12,094 bases of DNA from a virus (taxonomy: Duplodnaviria > Heunggongvirae > Uroviricota > Caudoviricetes), in IMG/VR virus record IMGVR_UViG_2657245634_000013, positions 1-12,094 of that record. One strand, given 5' to 3'. Of the stretch, positions 1-7,550 are shown in pieces (position 1 is the stretch's first letter; each line of letters starts with the position of its first letter). The notes under the pieces were generated by a model. It was given only the letters and a program-made list of their open reading frames with translations. It was not told the DNA's origin and did not search any database. The translations under genes and the position numbers were made by a program.

Positions 1-168
1 ATCATCGTAGTGAGCCAGTTGCCGGTGGAAAACTGGTACAAAATGATCGGAGACTCCACACATGCGGATGCCATCCTAGATCGACTGGTTCATGGCAGTA
101 TCAAGATCGAACTTAAAGGAGAATCAATGCGGAAAATACAATCTCCGTTGACCGAAGGAGATCAGTGA
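1..168 (+). CDS. IS21-family IstB-like helper ATPase, C-terminal fragment (5' end lies outside the window)
   Basis: Frame 1 is open from the window edge to TGA at 166-168 and translates to ...PVENWYKMIGDSTHADAILDRLVHGSIKIELKGESMRKIQSPLTEGDQ. The AILDRLxH ... KGESxR pattern is the conserved C-terminus of IstB proteins as I recall them. Not in the ORF track because it has no start codon in the window. Confidence 0.55.
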   Translation: MIVVSQLPVENWYKMIGDSTHADAILDRLVHGSIKIELKGESMRKIQSPLTEGDQ

Positions 169-253
169 AGGTAATTTAAAAACGGTTCTGTGAAAGTGAC
201 ACGAACCGATCTCCATCGATGTTACTCACCGATCTCCTTCACGGTAATACGCA
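1..253 (+). mobile_element. Right end of an IS21-family insertion sequence (istB 3' end plus terminal region); the exact terminus is uncertain, roughly 240-260
   Basis: IstB-like C-terminus followed by a non-coding stretch with the motif CCGATCTCC repeated directly at 215-223 and 232-240. Multiple subterminal repeats are typical of IS21-family ends. The terminus itself cannot be fixed without a reference copy. Confidence 0.4.
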
Positions 254-262
254 TTTTTCCCT

Positions 263-658
263 GTGGAGCTTAAAATCGCTTATCAGGAATCCGGCGAATG
301 GCCCGATGATGGAATCGAAATTGACGACACTGTTGCCGCCGAATTTATGAAGGAAGCACCAGAAGGAAAATACAGAGGTGTCATCGACGGAATGCCTGCA
401 TGGATTGATATTCCACCGCCAACTCATGAGGAACAAATTGCCGCAGCCGAACTGGAAAAGCAGCAATTGATTAATCAGGTCAACGAATACATAAACAGTA
501 AGCAATGGCCTGGTAAAGCGGCGATTGGTCGCCTGAAAGGTGAGGAACTGGCGCAATATAATTTGTGGCTGGATTATCTGGACACACTGGAACTGGTCGA
601 TACTTCCGGTGCGCCAGATATTGAATGGCCTACGCCTTCGGCAGTTCAGGCCAGATGA
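263..658 (+). pseudogene. Phage tail fibre assembly protein (Tfa/U-like chaperone), apparently 5'-truncated
   Basis: Translation ends ...LDTLELVDTSGAPDIEWPTPSAVQAR, the typical Tfa C-terminal motif (DTS.APD..WP). The frame opens only at 248 just after a TAA; the first possible start is a GTG at 263 with no RBS. The product is shorter (131 aa) than the neighbouring 185-aa Tfa and sits right against the IS end. Confidence 0.6.
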
Positions 659-1187
659 CATCCGGCGCAGTGCTGGTATCTGTTACCGTCACCGCGTCAA
701 TATAATCCAGCACGGCGTTAAGTCGGGTTGTTTCTGCCTGCGTCAGCTTCCGCCCGGCCTGTAATTTCAGTTGAATCAGACTGATGGAAGCCATTGCAGC
801 ATCAATCAGCGACTGGCGCTGTGCTTCTGCCGCGTCTAGTGCGGCACTATGCTGTGCCTCAGTATCTGTCATCCATTTCTCACCATCCCATTTATCGTAT
901 GGCGTTAACGGTGAAAGCGTGACATAACCGTCTTTGATGGCACCGATATAATCCACTGTAACAGCTACGCCATTTTCGATTGAGTAAACAGTCTCATTGC
1001 GGTGGTCTTCTTCATGGCTCCATCCCTTACCCGTAAATACTGCCACTTTCCCCGGAATGTATTCGCCCGGGTCAATACCAGTGGAACAGGCGGGCATACT
1101 TACGCCAGTATTAATATATTCATCAGACCAGCCCGAATATTCAGACGTTACTGCATCATAATAAAAACAACGCATATCACCCGGCAC
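630..1187 (-). CDS. Phage tail fibre assembly protein (alternative Tfa/U'-like chaperone of the invertible segment)
   Basis: 185-aa ORF ending ...LDYIDAVTVTDTSTAPDVIWPELPKA (Tfa C-terminal motif). It lies immediately downstream of the minus-strand tail-fibre exon and overlaps the plus-strand tfa convergently at 630-658. Start is GTG at 1187 or ATG at 1175. Confidence 0.75.
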   Translation of the reverse strand: MPGDMRCFYYDAVTSEYSGWSDEYINTGVSMPACSTGIDPGEYIPGKVAVFTGKGWSHEEDHRNETVYSIENGVAVTVDYIGAIKDGYVTLSPLTPYDKWDGEKWMTDTEAQHSAALDAAEAQRQSLIDAAMASISLIQLKLQAGRKLTQAETTRLNAVLDYIDAVTVTDTSTAPDVIWPELPKA

Positions 1188-1223
1188 TGTAGCCAGCCCA
1201 TTTTCATCAAAAAACAGGTTTCA

Positions 1224-1730
1224 TTATGCAGCCCTCACAATATAATTAAAGGCGATGTTACGTGGACGGTTTTCATTAGCTGTTGGCACGACACGAGAGG
1301 CGTCGAATCCAAGGTCATCGGTTTTGCCTATATCAGTTGTGTTATTCGGCATTCTCGCAGATCGTGTTCCTGCATCATAAAAAGCCCCTCTGATTGCATC
1401 AAAAGACATACCGATCCCGCCATCTGCGAATCCCTCAATATTTCTTATTGCATCCCCCTGTGAAGATAATAATTGTCGCCCGGCATCCACTCCACGTCCG
1501 TCATCCCAGCCACGAATAAATTCACCGCGTAAATCAGGCAATTTATTTGTCGGATAAACCTTTGCCAGTTCCGGGTATTCTTCAGCAGAAAAAGCCGCAC
1601 CGTTGCATTTCAGCCAGCCAGTAGGCGGTGTGGCTGAAGGCCACGGAACAGGCACACCAACGGGTAATGCCGAACCTTCTCCCAAACCAACGTTTATGAA
1701 AATGCAGAGATAACGGCTAACTGGCATCAT
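1224..1730 (-). CDS. Tail-fibre variable C-terminal exon (Mu S'v / P2 H C-terminus-like), silent orientation; the real tail-fibre portion is about 1224-1675
   Basis: Contains PVGVPVPWPSATPPTGWLKCNGAAFSAEEYPELAKVYPTNKLPDLRG and the C-terminal ...NIAFNYIVRAA, both characteristic of P2 H / Mu S variable domains. The first ~18 codons lie outside the crossover site and the frame is closed by TAA just upstream, as expected for the non-expressed copy of an invertible tail-fibre gene. Confidence 0.8.
   Translation of the reverse strand: MMPVSRYLCIFINVGLGEGSALPVGVPVPWPSATPPTGWLKCNGAAFSAEEYPELAKVYPTNKLPDLRGEFIRGWDDGRGVDAGRQLLSSQGDAIRNIEGFADGGIGMSFDAIRGAFYDAGTRSARMPNNTTDIGKTDDLGFDASRVVPTANENRPRNIAFNYIVRAA
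1676..1701. other. Putative DNA-invertase crossover site (gix/hix/pix-like)
   Basis: TTCTCCCAAACC-AA-CGTTTATGAAAA: two imperfectly inverted 12-bp half-sites around a 2-bp core, similar to hixL TTCTTGAAAACC-AA-GGTTTTTGATAA and gix TTATCCAAAACC-TC-GGTTTACAGGAA (quoted from memory). It sits at the constant/variable boundary of the tail-fibre exon and next to the invertase gene. Confidence 0.55.
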
Positions 1731-1757
1731 CTCCGGTTTTTATTCAGGGGGATGATC

Positions 1758-2351
1758 ATGCTTATTGGCTATGTACGCGTGTCAACAAATGACCAGAACA
1801 CGGAATTGCAGAGTAATGCGCTGGAGTGTGCAGGATGTGAGCTGATTTTTGAGGATAAAATCAGCGGCTCGAAGTCCGACAGGCCGGGGCTGAAAAAACT
1901 GCTCAGGACACTATCGGCAGGAGACACGTTGGTTGTCTGGAAGCTGGACAGACTGGGGCGCAGTATGCGGCATCTCGTTACGCTGATAGAAGAGTTGCGC
2001 CAGCGTGGTGTGAATTTCAGAAGCCTGACTGACAGTATTGATACCAGTACCCCAATGGGCCGTTTCTTTTTTCATGTCATGGGTGCCCTGGCTGAAATGG
2101 AGCGAGAACTCATTGTCGAGCGGACACGCGCAGGACTGGAAGCGGCCAGAGCCAAAGGTCGTATTGGTGGCAGACGACCGAAACTCACCGCGAGAGAGTG
2201 GGAGCAGGCAGGACGGTTGCTGGCTGCGGGGGAATCTCGTCAACGTGTGGCGCTGATTTTTGATATTGGCCTGTCCACGCTCTATAAAAAATTCCCCTCA
2301 TCAGCGACAAAGAATAAATTGTGTCATCCCTTAGCCAACCGGGACAAATAG
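1758..2351 (+). CDS. Serine DNA invertase of the Gin/Hin/Pin/Cin family
   Basis: MLIGYVRVSTNDQNTELQ...VVWKLDRLGRSMRHL...MGRFFFHVMGALAEMERELIVERT...GRIGGRRPKL...STLYKKFP: resolvase/invertase catalytic N-terminus with the catalytic Ser in VRVSTNDQ and a C-terminal HTH; closely resembles e14 Pin as recalled. The ATG at 1758 is preferred over 1752 because AGGGGG at 1744-1749 gives better RBS spacing. Confidence 0.9.
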   Translation: MLIGYVRVSTNDQNTELQSNALECAGCELIFEDKISGSKSDRPGLKKLLRTLSAGDTLVVWKLDRLGRSMRHLVTLIEELRQRGVNFRSLTDSIDTSTPMGRFFFHVMGALAEMERELIVERTRAGLEAARAKGRIGGRRPKLTAREWEQAGRLLAAGESRQRVALIFDIGLSTLYKKFPSSATKNKLCHPLANRDK

Positions 2352-2380
2352 CCTGACATCTCCGGCACAACTGAAAATAC
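2321..2380 (+). promoter_or_regulatory. Possible Ogr-dependent P2-type late promoter for the FI-FII-E-T-U-D operon
   Basis: TGT(2323-2325)-N12-AAC partial dyad about 50 bp upstream of a -10-like GAAAAT (2374-2379), 30 bp before the FI start. This resembles the P2 late-promoter architecture (TGT-N12-ACA centred near -55) but the match is imperfect. Confidence 0.25.
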
Positions 2381-2410
2381 CACTCACCCATTAACCACGG
2401 AGTTAAACGG

Positions 2411-3601
2411 ATGAGTGACTATCATCACGGCGTGCAGGTGCTGGAGATTAACGACGGCACCCGCGTCATTTCCACCGTATCCACTGCCATTGTCGGCATG
2501 GTCTGCACGGCCAGCGATGCGGATGCGGAAATCTTCCCCCTCAATAAACCGGTGCTGATCACCAATGTGCAGAGCGCGATTGCAAAGGCCGGTAAAAAAG
2601 GCACGCTGGCGGCATCGTTGCAGGCCATCGCTGACCAGTCAAAACCGGTCACCGTTGTCGTGCGCGTGGAAGACGGCACCGGCGACGACGAAGAAACGAA
2701 ACTCGCGCAGACCGTTTCCAATATCATCGGCACCACTGACGAAAACGGTCAGTACACCGGACTGAAAGCCCTGCTGGCGGCGGAGTCGGTTACCGGTGTT
2801 AAACCGCGTATTCTCGGTGTGCCGGGACTGGACACCAAAGAGGTGGCGGTTGCACTGGCATCAGTCTGTCAGAAGCTGCGCGCTTTCGGGTATATCAGCG
2901 CATGGGGCTGTAAAACCATTTCCGAGGTGAAAGCCTACCGCCAGAATTTCAGCCAGCGTGAGCTGATGGTCATCTGGCCGGATTTCCTCGCATGGGATAC
3001 GGTCGCCAGTACCACCGCCACCGCGTATGCCACCGCCCGTGCGCTGGGCCTGCGCGCTAAAATCGACCAGGAGCAGGGCTGGCATAAAACGCTGTCCAAC
3101 GTCGGGGTAAACGGTGTTACCGGCATCAGTGCCTCTGTATTCTGGGATTTGCAGGAGTCCGGCACCGATGCTGACCTGTTGAACGAGTCAGGTGTCACAA
3201 CGCTGATTCGCCGTGACGGTTTCCGATTCTGGGGTAACCGTACCTGCTCTGATGACCCGCTGTTCCTCTTTGAAAACTACACCCGCACCGCGCAGGTGCT
3301 GGCCGACACGATGGCTGAGGCGCACATGTGGGCGGTGGACAAGCCCATCACCGCAACGCTGATTCGCGACATCGTTGACGGCATCAATGCCAAATTTCGT
3401 GAGCTGAAAACAAACGGCTATATCGTGGATGCGACCTGCTGGTTCAGCGAAGAATCCAACGATGCGGAAACCCTTAAGGCCGGAAAACTGTATATCGACT
3501 ACGACTATACCCCGGTTCCTCCTCTTGAAAACCTGACCCTGCGCCAGCGTATTACCGATAAATACCTGGCAAATCTGGTCACCTCGGTTAACAGCAATTA
3601 A
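2411..3601 (+). CDS. FI: Contractile tail sheath protein (P2 gpFI)
   Basis: 396-aa ORF beginning MSDYHHGVQVLEINDGTRVISTVSTAIVGMVCTASDADAE..., essentially matching P2 FI as recalled; same length as P2 FI; GGAG RBS at 2400-2403. Confidence 0.95.
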   Translation: MSDYHHGVQVLEINDGTRVISTVSTAIVGMVCTASDADAEIFPLNKPVLITNVQSAIAKAGKKGTLAASLQAIADQSKPVTVVVRVEDGTGDDEETKLAQTVSNIIGTTDENGQYTGLKALLAAESVTGVKPRILGVPGLDTKEVAVALASVCQKLRAFGYISAWGCKTISEVKAYRQNFSQRELMVIWPDFLAWDTVASTTATAYATARALGLRAKIDQEQGWHKTLSNVGVNGVTGISASVFWDLQESGTDADLLNESGVTTLIRRDGFRFWGNRTCSDDPLFLFENYTRTAQVLADTMAEAHMWAVDKPITATLIRDIVDGINAKFRELKTNGYIVDATCWFSEESNDAETLKAGKLYIDYDYTPVPPLENLTLRQRITDKYLANLVTSVNSN

Positions 3602-3613
3602 GGAGCCTGACCG

Positions 3614-4132
3614 ATGGCAATGCCGCGCAAACTCAAGTTAATGAACGTCTTTCTGAACGGCTACAGCTATCAGGGCGTTGCAAAGTCCGTCACGCTGCCA
3701 AAACTGACCCGTAAACTCGAAAACTATCGCGGTGCGGGGATGAACGGAAGCGCACCGGTAGACCTCGGCCTTGATGACGATGCGCTGTCAATGGAGTGGT
3801 CGCTCGGGGGCTTCCCGGATTCGGTTATCTGGGAGCTTTACGCCGCAACCGGCGTGGATGCCGTACCGATTCGTTTTGCAGGCTCTTACCAGCGCGACGA
3901 TACCGGCGAAACGGTAGCCGTTGAAGTGGTCATGCGTGGACGTCAGAAAGAAATCGACACCGGCGAGGGTAAACAGGGAGAAGACACCGAGTCGAAAATC
4001 TCCGTAGTCTGCACCTATTTCCGGCTGACGATGGACGGTAAGGAGCTGGTCGAAATCGACACCATCAACATGATTGAGAAGGTGAACGGCGTCGACCGGC
4101 TGGAGCAACACCGCCGCAATATCGGCCTGTAA
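3614..4132 (+). CDS. FII: Tail tube protein (P2 gpFII)
   Basis: 172-aa ORF MAMPRKLKLMNVFLNGYSYQGVAKSVTLPKLTRKLENYRGAG... directly after the sheath gene; AAGGAG RBS at 3599-3604; length equals P2 FII. Confidence 0.95.
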   Translation: MAMPRKLKLMNVFLNGYSYQGVAKSVTLPKLTRKLENYRGAGMNGSAPVDLGLDDDALSMEWSLGGFPDSVIWELYAATGVDAVPIRFAGSYQRDDTGETVAVEVVMRGRQKEIDTGEGKQGEDTESKISVVCTYFRLTMDGKELVEIDTINMIEKVNGVDRLEQHRRNIGL

Positions 4133-4188
4133 TTTTCATCCGGTCAGTCAGGCTGACCGGTTAACCCCGATTCAGAAGTGAGAAAACC

Positions 4189-4464
4189 ATGAACAAAGAA
4201 AATGTCATTACCCTGGACAATCCGGTCAAACGTGGTGAGCAGGTTATCGAACAGGTCACGCTGATGAAACCCAATGCCGGGACGCTGCGCGGTGTCAGTC
4301 TGGCAGCGGTCGCGAACTCCGAAGTCGATGCACTGATTAAGGTGCTGCCGCGCATGACGGCACCGATGCTGACCGAGCAGGAAGTCGCCGCGCTGGAACT
4401 GCCTGACCTTGTGGCGCTGGCCGGTAAGGTGGTCGGTTTTTTGTCGCCGAACTCGGTGCAGTGA
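4189..4464 (+). CDS. E: Tail assembly chaperone (P2 gpE)
   Basis: 91-aa ORF MNKENVITLDNPVKRGEQVIEQVTLMKPNAG... in the position and size of P2 E; contains the TTTTTTG slippery heptamer near its 3' end. Confidence 0.9.
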   Translation: MNKENVITLDNPVKRGEQVIEQVTLMKPNAGTLRGVSLAAVANSEVDALIKVLPRMTAPMLTEQEVAALELPDLVALAGKVVGFLSPNSVQ

Positions 4465-4616
4465 CGTTTCCAAAAAATCTCTCGGTCGATGACCTGATGG
4501 CGGATGTGGCAGTGATATTTCACTGGCCGCCATCAGAACTGTATCCCATGAGCCTGACCGAACTCATCACATGGCGCGAAAAGGCGCTCCGGCGAAGCGG
4601 AAACACGAATGAGTAA
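4189..4616 (+). CDS. Tail assembly chaperone frameshift product (P2 gpE+E'), made by -1 ribosomal frameshift at T_TTT_TTG (4437-4443)
   Basis: After a -1 slip at 4437-4443 the new frame stays open and reads ...FVAELGAVTFPKNLSVDDLMADVAVIFHWPPSELYPMSLTELITWREKALRRSGNTNE, ending at TAA 4614-4616 and overlapping the T start. This is the conserved E/E' (lambda G/GT-type) arrangement. Confidence 0.8.
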
Positions 4617-7056
4617 CAATGTAAAATTACAGGTATTGCTCAGGGCTGTTGACCAGGCATCCCGCCCGTTTAAATCCATCCGCACAGCGAGTAAGTCGCT
4701 GTCGGGGGATATCCGGGAAACACAAAAATCACTGCGCGAGCTGAACGGTCAGGCATCCCGTATTGAGGGATTCCGCAAGACCAGTGCACAGCTCGCCGTG
4801 ACTGGTCATGCACTTGAAAAGGCACGGCAGGAGGCCGAAGCCCTTGCCACACAGTTTAAAAATACCGAACGTCCGACCCGTGCTCAGGCGAAAGTGCTGG
4901 AATCCGCAAAGCGTGCGGCGGAGGACTTACAGGCGAAATATAACCGCCTGACGGATTCCGTTAAACGCCAGCAGCGGGAACTGGCCGCTGTGGGAATTAA
5001 TGCCCGCAATCTTGCACATGATGAGCAGGGACTGAAAAACCGTATCAGTGAAACCACCGCACAACTTAACCGTCAGCGCGACGCGCTGGCGCGTGTCAGT
5101 GCGCAACAGGCAAAACTTAACGCAGTAAAACAGCGTTATCAGGCCGGAAAGGAACTGGCCGGAAATATGGCCTCAGTAGGCGCTGCCGGTGTGGGGATTG
5201 CGGCGGCGGGAACGATGGCCGGAGTTAAGTTGCTGATGCCCGGTTATGAGTTTGCGCAGAAAAACTCAGAATTGCAGGCCGTGCTAGGTGTGGCAAAAGA
5301 CTCCGCCGAAATGGCTGCACTACGCAAGCAGGCGCGCCAGCTCGGCGACAACACCGCCGCCTCGGCGGATGATGCTGCCGGTGCACAGATTATTATCGCG
5401 AAAGCCGGTGGGGATGTTGATGCCATTCAGGCGGCAACGCCGGTCACGCTGAATATGGCGCTGGCGAACCGTCGCACGATGGAAGAAAACGCCGCCCTGC
5501 TGATGGGGATGAAATCCGCCTTTCAGCTTTCAAACGATAAGGTCGCTCATATCGGGGATGTTCTCTCCATGACGATGAACAAAACCGCCGCCGATTTTGA
5601 CGGCATGAGCGATGCGCTGACCTATGCCGCACCTGTGGCAAAAAATGCCGGTGTCAGCATTGAAGAAACCGCCGCAATGGTCGGGGCGCTGTATGATGCA
5701 AAAATCACAGGCTCAATGGCGGGGACGGGAAGCCGTGCCGTGTTAAGCCGCCTGCAGGCACCGACGGGAAAAGCATGGGATGCACTCAAAGAGCTTGGAG
5801 TGAAAACCTCAGACAGCAAGGGAAACACCCGACCAGTATTTACCATTCTGAAAGAAATGCAGGCCAGTTTTGAGAAAAACCGGCTCGGTACTGCCCAGCA
5901 GGCTGAATACATGAAAACTATTTTCGGGGAGGAGGCCAGCTCAGCCGCCGCCGTGCTGATGACTGCCGCCTCAACCGGAAAGCTGGACAAACTGACCGCT
6001 GCGTTTAAAGCCTCAGACGGGAAGACCGCCGAGCTGGTAAATATCATGCAGGACAACCTCGGCGGTGACTTTAAAGAGTTTCAGTCCGCTTATGAGGCGG
6101 TGGGGACTGACCTGTTTGACCAGCAGGAAGGCGCACTGCGTAAGCTCACGCAGACGGCCACAAAGTATGTGTTAAAACTCGACGGCTGGATACAGAAAAA
6201 CAAATCACTGGCGTCAACCATCGGCATCATTGTCGGTGGTGCACTGGCACTGATTGGTGTCATCGGTGCCATTGGCCTCGTAGCCTGGCCGGTTATCACC
6301 GGCATCAATGCCATCATCGCGGCAGCAGGCGCAATGGGGGCAGTCTTCACGACGGTTGGCAGTGCTGTTATGACCGCCATCGGGGCTATTAGCTGGCCGG
6401 TTGTGGCCGTGGTGGCCGCAATTGTCGCCGGGGCGTTGCTTATCCGTAAATACTGGGAGCCTGTCAGCACATTCTTTGGCGGTGTGGTGGAAGGGCTGAA
6501 AGCGGCATTTGCGCCGGTGGGGGAACTGTTCACGCCACTTAAGCCGGTGTTTGACTGGCTGGGCGAAAAGTTACAGGCCGCGTGGCAGTGGTTTAAAAAC
6601 CTGATCGCCCCGGTTAAAGCCATCCAGGACACCCTGAACCGTTGCCGTGACACGGGCGTCATGTTCGGGCAGGCACTGGCTGACGCGTTGATGCTGCCGC
6701 TTAATGCGTTCAACAAACTGCGCAGTGGTATTGACTGGGTACTGGAAAAACTCGGTGTTATCAACAAAGAGTCAGACACACTTGACCAGACCGCCGCCAG
6801 AACTCATGCCGCCACGTATGGCACCGGTGGTTATATTCCGGCGACCAGCTCTTATGCAGGCTATCAGGCTTATCAGCCGGTTACGGCACCGGCTGGCCGC
6901 TCTTATGTGGACCAGAGTAAAAACGAATATCACATCAGTCTGACGGGCGGTACTGCGCCGGGGACTCAGCTCGACCGCCAGTTACAGGATGCGCTCGAAA
7001 AATACGAGCGGGATAAACGTGCGCGCGCCCGTGCCAGCATGATGCATGACGGTTAA
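4609..7056 (+). CDS. T: Tail tape measure protein (P2 gpT)
   Basis: 815-aa ORF with an N-terminal coiled-coil-rich region and a long Gly/Ala-rich hydrophobic segment (aa about 530-600), typical of tape measure proteins. Same length and position as P2 T. Confidence 0.95.
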   Translation: MSNNVKLQVLLRAVDQASRPFKSIRTASKSLSGDIRETQKSLRELNGQASRIEGFRKTSAQLAVTGHALEKARQEAEALATQFKNTERPTRAQAKVLESAKRAAEDLQAKYNRLTDSVKRQQRELAAVGINARNLAHDEQGLKNRISETTAQLNRQRDALARVSAQQAKLNAVKQRYQAGKELAGNMASVGAAGVGIAAAGTMAGVKLLMPGYEFAQKNSELQAVLGVAKDSAEMAALRKQARQLGDNTAASADDAAGAQIIIAKAGGDVDAIQAATPVTLNMALANRRTMEENAALLMGMKSAFQLSNDKVAHIGDVLSMTMNKTAADFDGMSDALTYAAPVAKNAGVSIEETAAMVGALYDAKITGSMAGTGSRAVLSRLQAPTGKAWDALKELGVKTSDSKGNTRPVFTILKEMQASFEKNRLGTAQQAEYMKTIFGEEASSAAAVLMTAASTGKLDKLTAAFKASDGKTAELVNIMQDNLGGDFKEFQSAYEAVGTDLFDQQEGALRKLTQTATKYVLKLDGWIQKNKSLASTIGIIVGGALALIGVIGAIGLVAWPVITGINAIIAAAGAMGAVFTTVGSAVMTAIGAISWPVVAVVAAIVAGALLIRKYWEPVSTFFGGVVEGLKAAFAPVGELFTPLKPVFDWLGEKLQAAWQWFKNLIAPVKAIQDTLNRCRDTGVMFGQALADALMLPLNAFNKLRSGIDWVLEKLGVINKESDTLDQTAARTHAATYGTGGYIPATSSYAGYQAYQPVTAPAGRSYVDQSKNEYHISLTGGTAPGTQLDRQLQDALEKYERDKRARARASMMHDG

Positions 7057-7070
7057 GGAGGTGACGAAAA

Positions 7071-7550
7071 ATGATGCTCGCGTTAGGTATGTTTGTTTTT
7101 ATGCGCCAGACGCTGCCACACCAGACCATGCAGCGTGAATCAGATTATCGCTGGCCGTCAAATTCCCGTATCGGTAAACGGGATGCCTTTCAGTTTCTCG
7201 GTGTTGGCGAGGAAAACATCACGCTTGCCGGTGTGCTTTATCCCGAACTGACCGGCGGAAAGCTGACGATGACCACGCTCAGGCTGATGGCAGAGGAAGG
7301 CCGGGCGTGGCCGTTGCTGGATGGCACAGGCATGATTTACGGCATGTATGTCATCAGCAGGGTGAGTGAAACAGGGAGTATTTTCTTTGCAGACGGCACA
7401 CCCCGGAAAATTGATTTTACGCTGTCGCTCACCCGCGTGGATGAATCACTGGCCGCGCTTTATGGCGATATCGGTAAACAGGCGGAGTCGCTCATCGGTA
7501 AAGCTGGCAGTATGGCGACCAGATTCACGGGTATGACGGGGGCGGGATAA
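7071..7550 (+). CDS. U: Tail protein (P2 gpU)
   Basis: 159-aa ORF after T with AAGGAGG RBS at 7055-7061; its stop overlaps the D start (TAATG), indicating translational coupling. Length and order as in P2. Confidence 0.9.
   Translation: MMLALGMFVFMRQTLPHQTMQRESDYRWPSNSRIGKRDAFQFLGVGEENITLAGVLYPELTGGKLTMTTLRLMAEEGRAWPLLDGTGMIYGMYVISRVSETGSIFFADGTPRKIDFTLSLTRVDESLAALYGDIGKQAESLIGKAGSMATRFTGMTGAG

Noticed and set aside
1002-1463. 153-aa plus-strand ORF spanning the tfa / tail-fibre exon boundary
   Set aside because: Antisense to two minus-strand genes with clear tail-fibre and Tfa signatures; no recognisable features.
1726-1751. Alternative crossover-site candidate (CTGAATAAAAACC-GG-AGATGATGCC on the minus strand) right next to the invertase start
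   Set aside because: Only one half-site resembles gix/hix consensus; the 1676-1701 site matches both halves and sits at the expected tail-fibre constant/variable junction.
5900-6460. Hydrophobic Gly/Ala-rich segment of T as a separate membrane-protein gene
   Set aside because: It is in frame within the single 815-aa tape measure ORF; such segments are characteristic of tape measure proteins.
6090-6779. 229-aa minus-strand ORF inside the tape measure gene
   Set aside because: Fully antisense to the well-supported T gene; its low-complexity Ala/Thr/Pro composition mirrors the Gly/Ala-rich T region; no start or RBS context.
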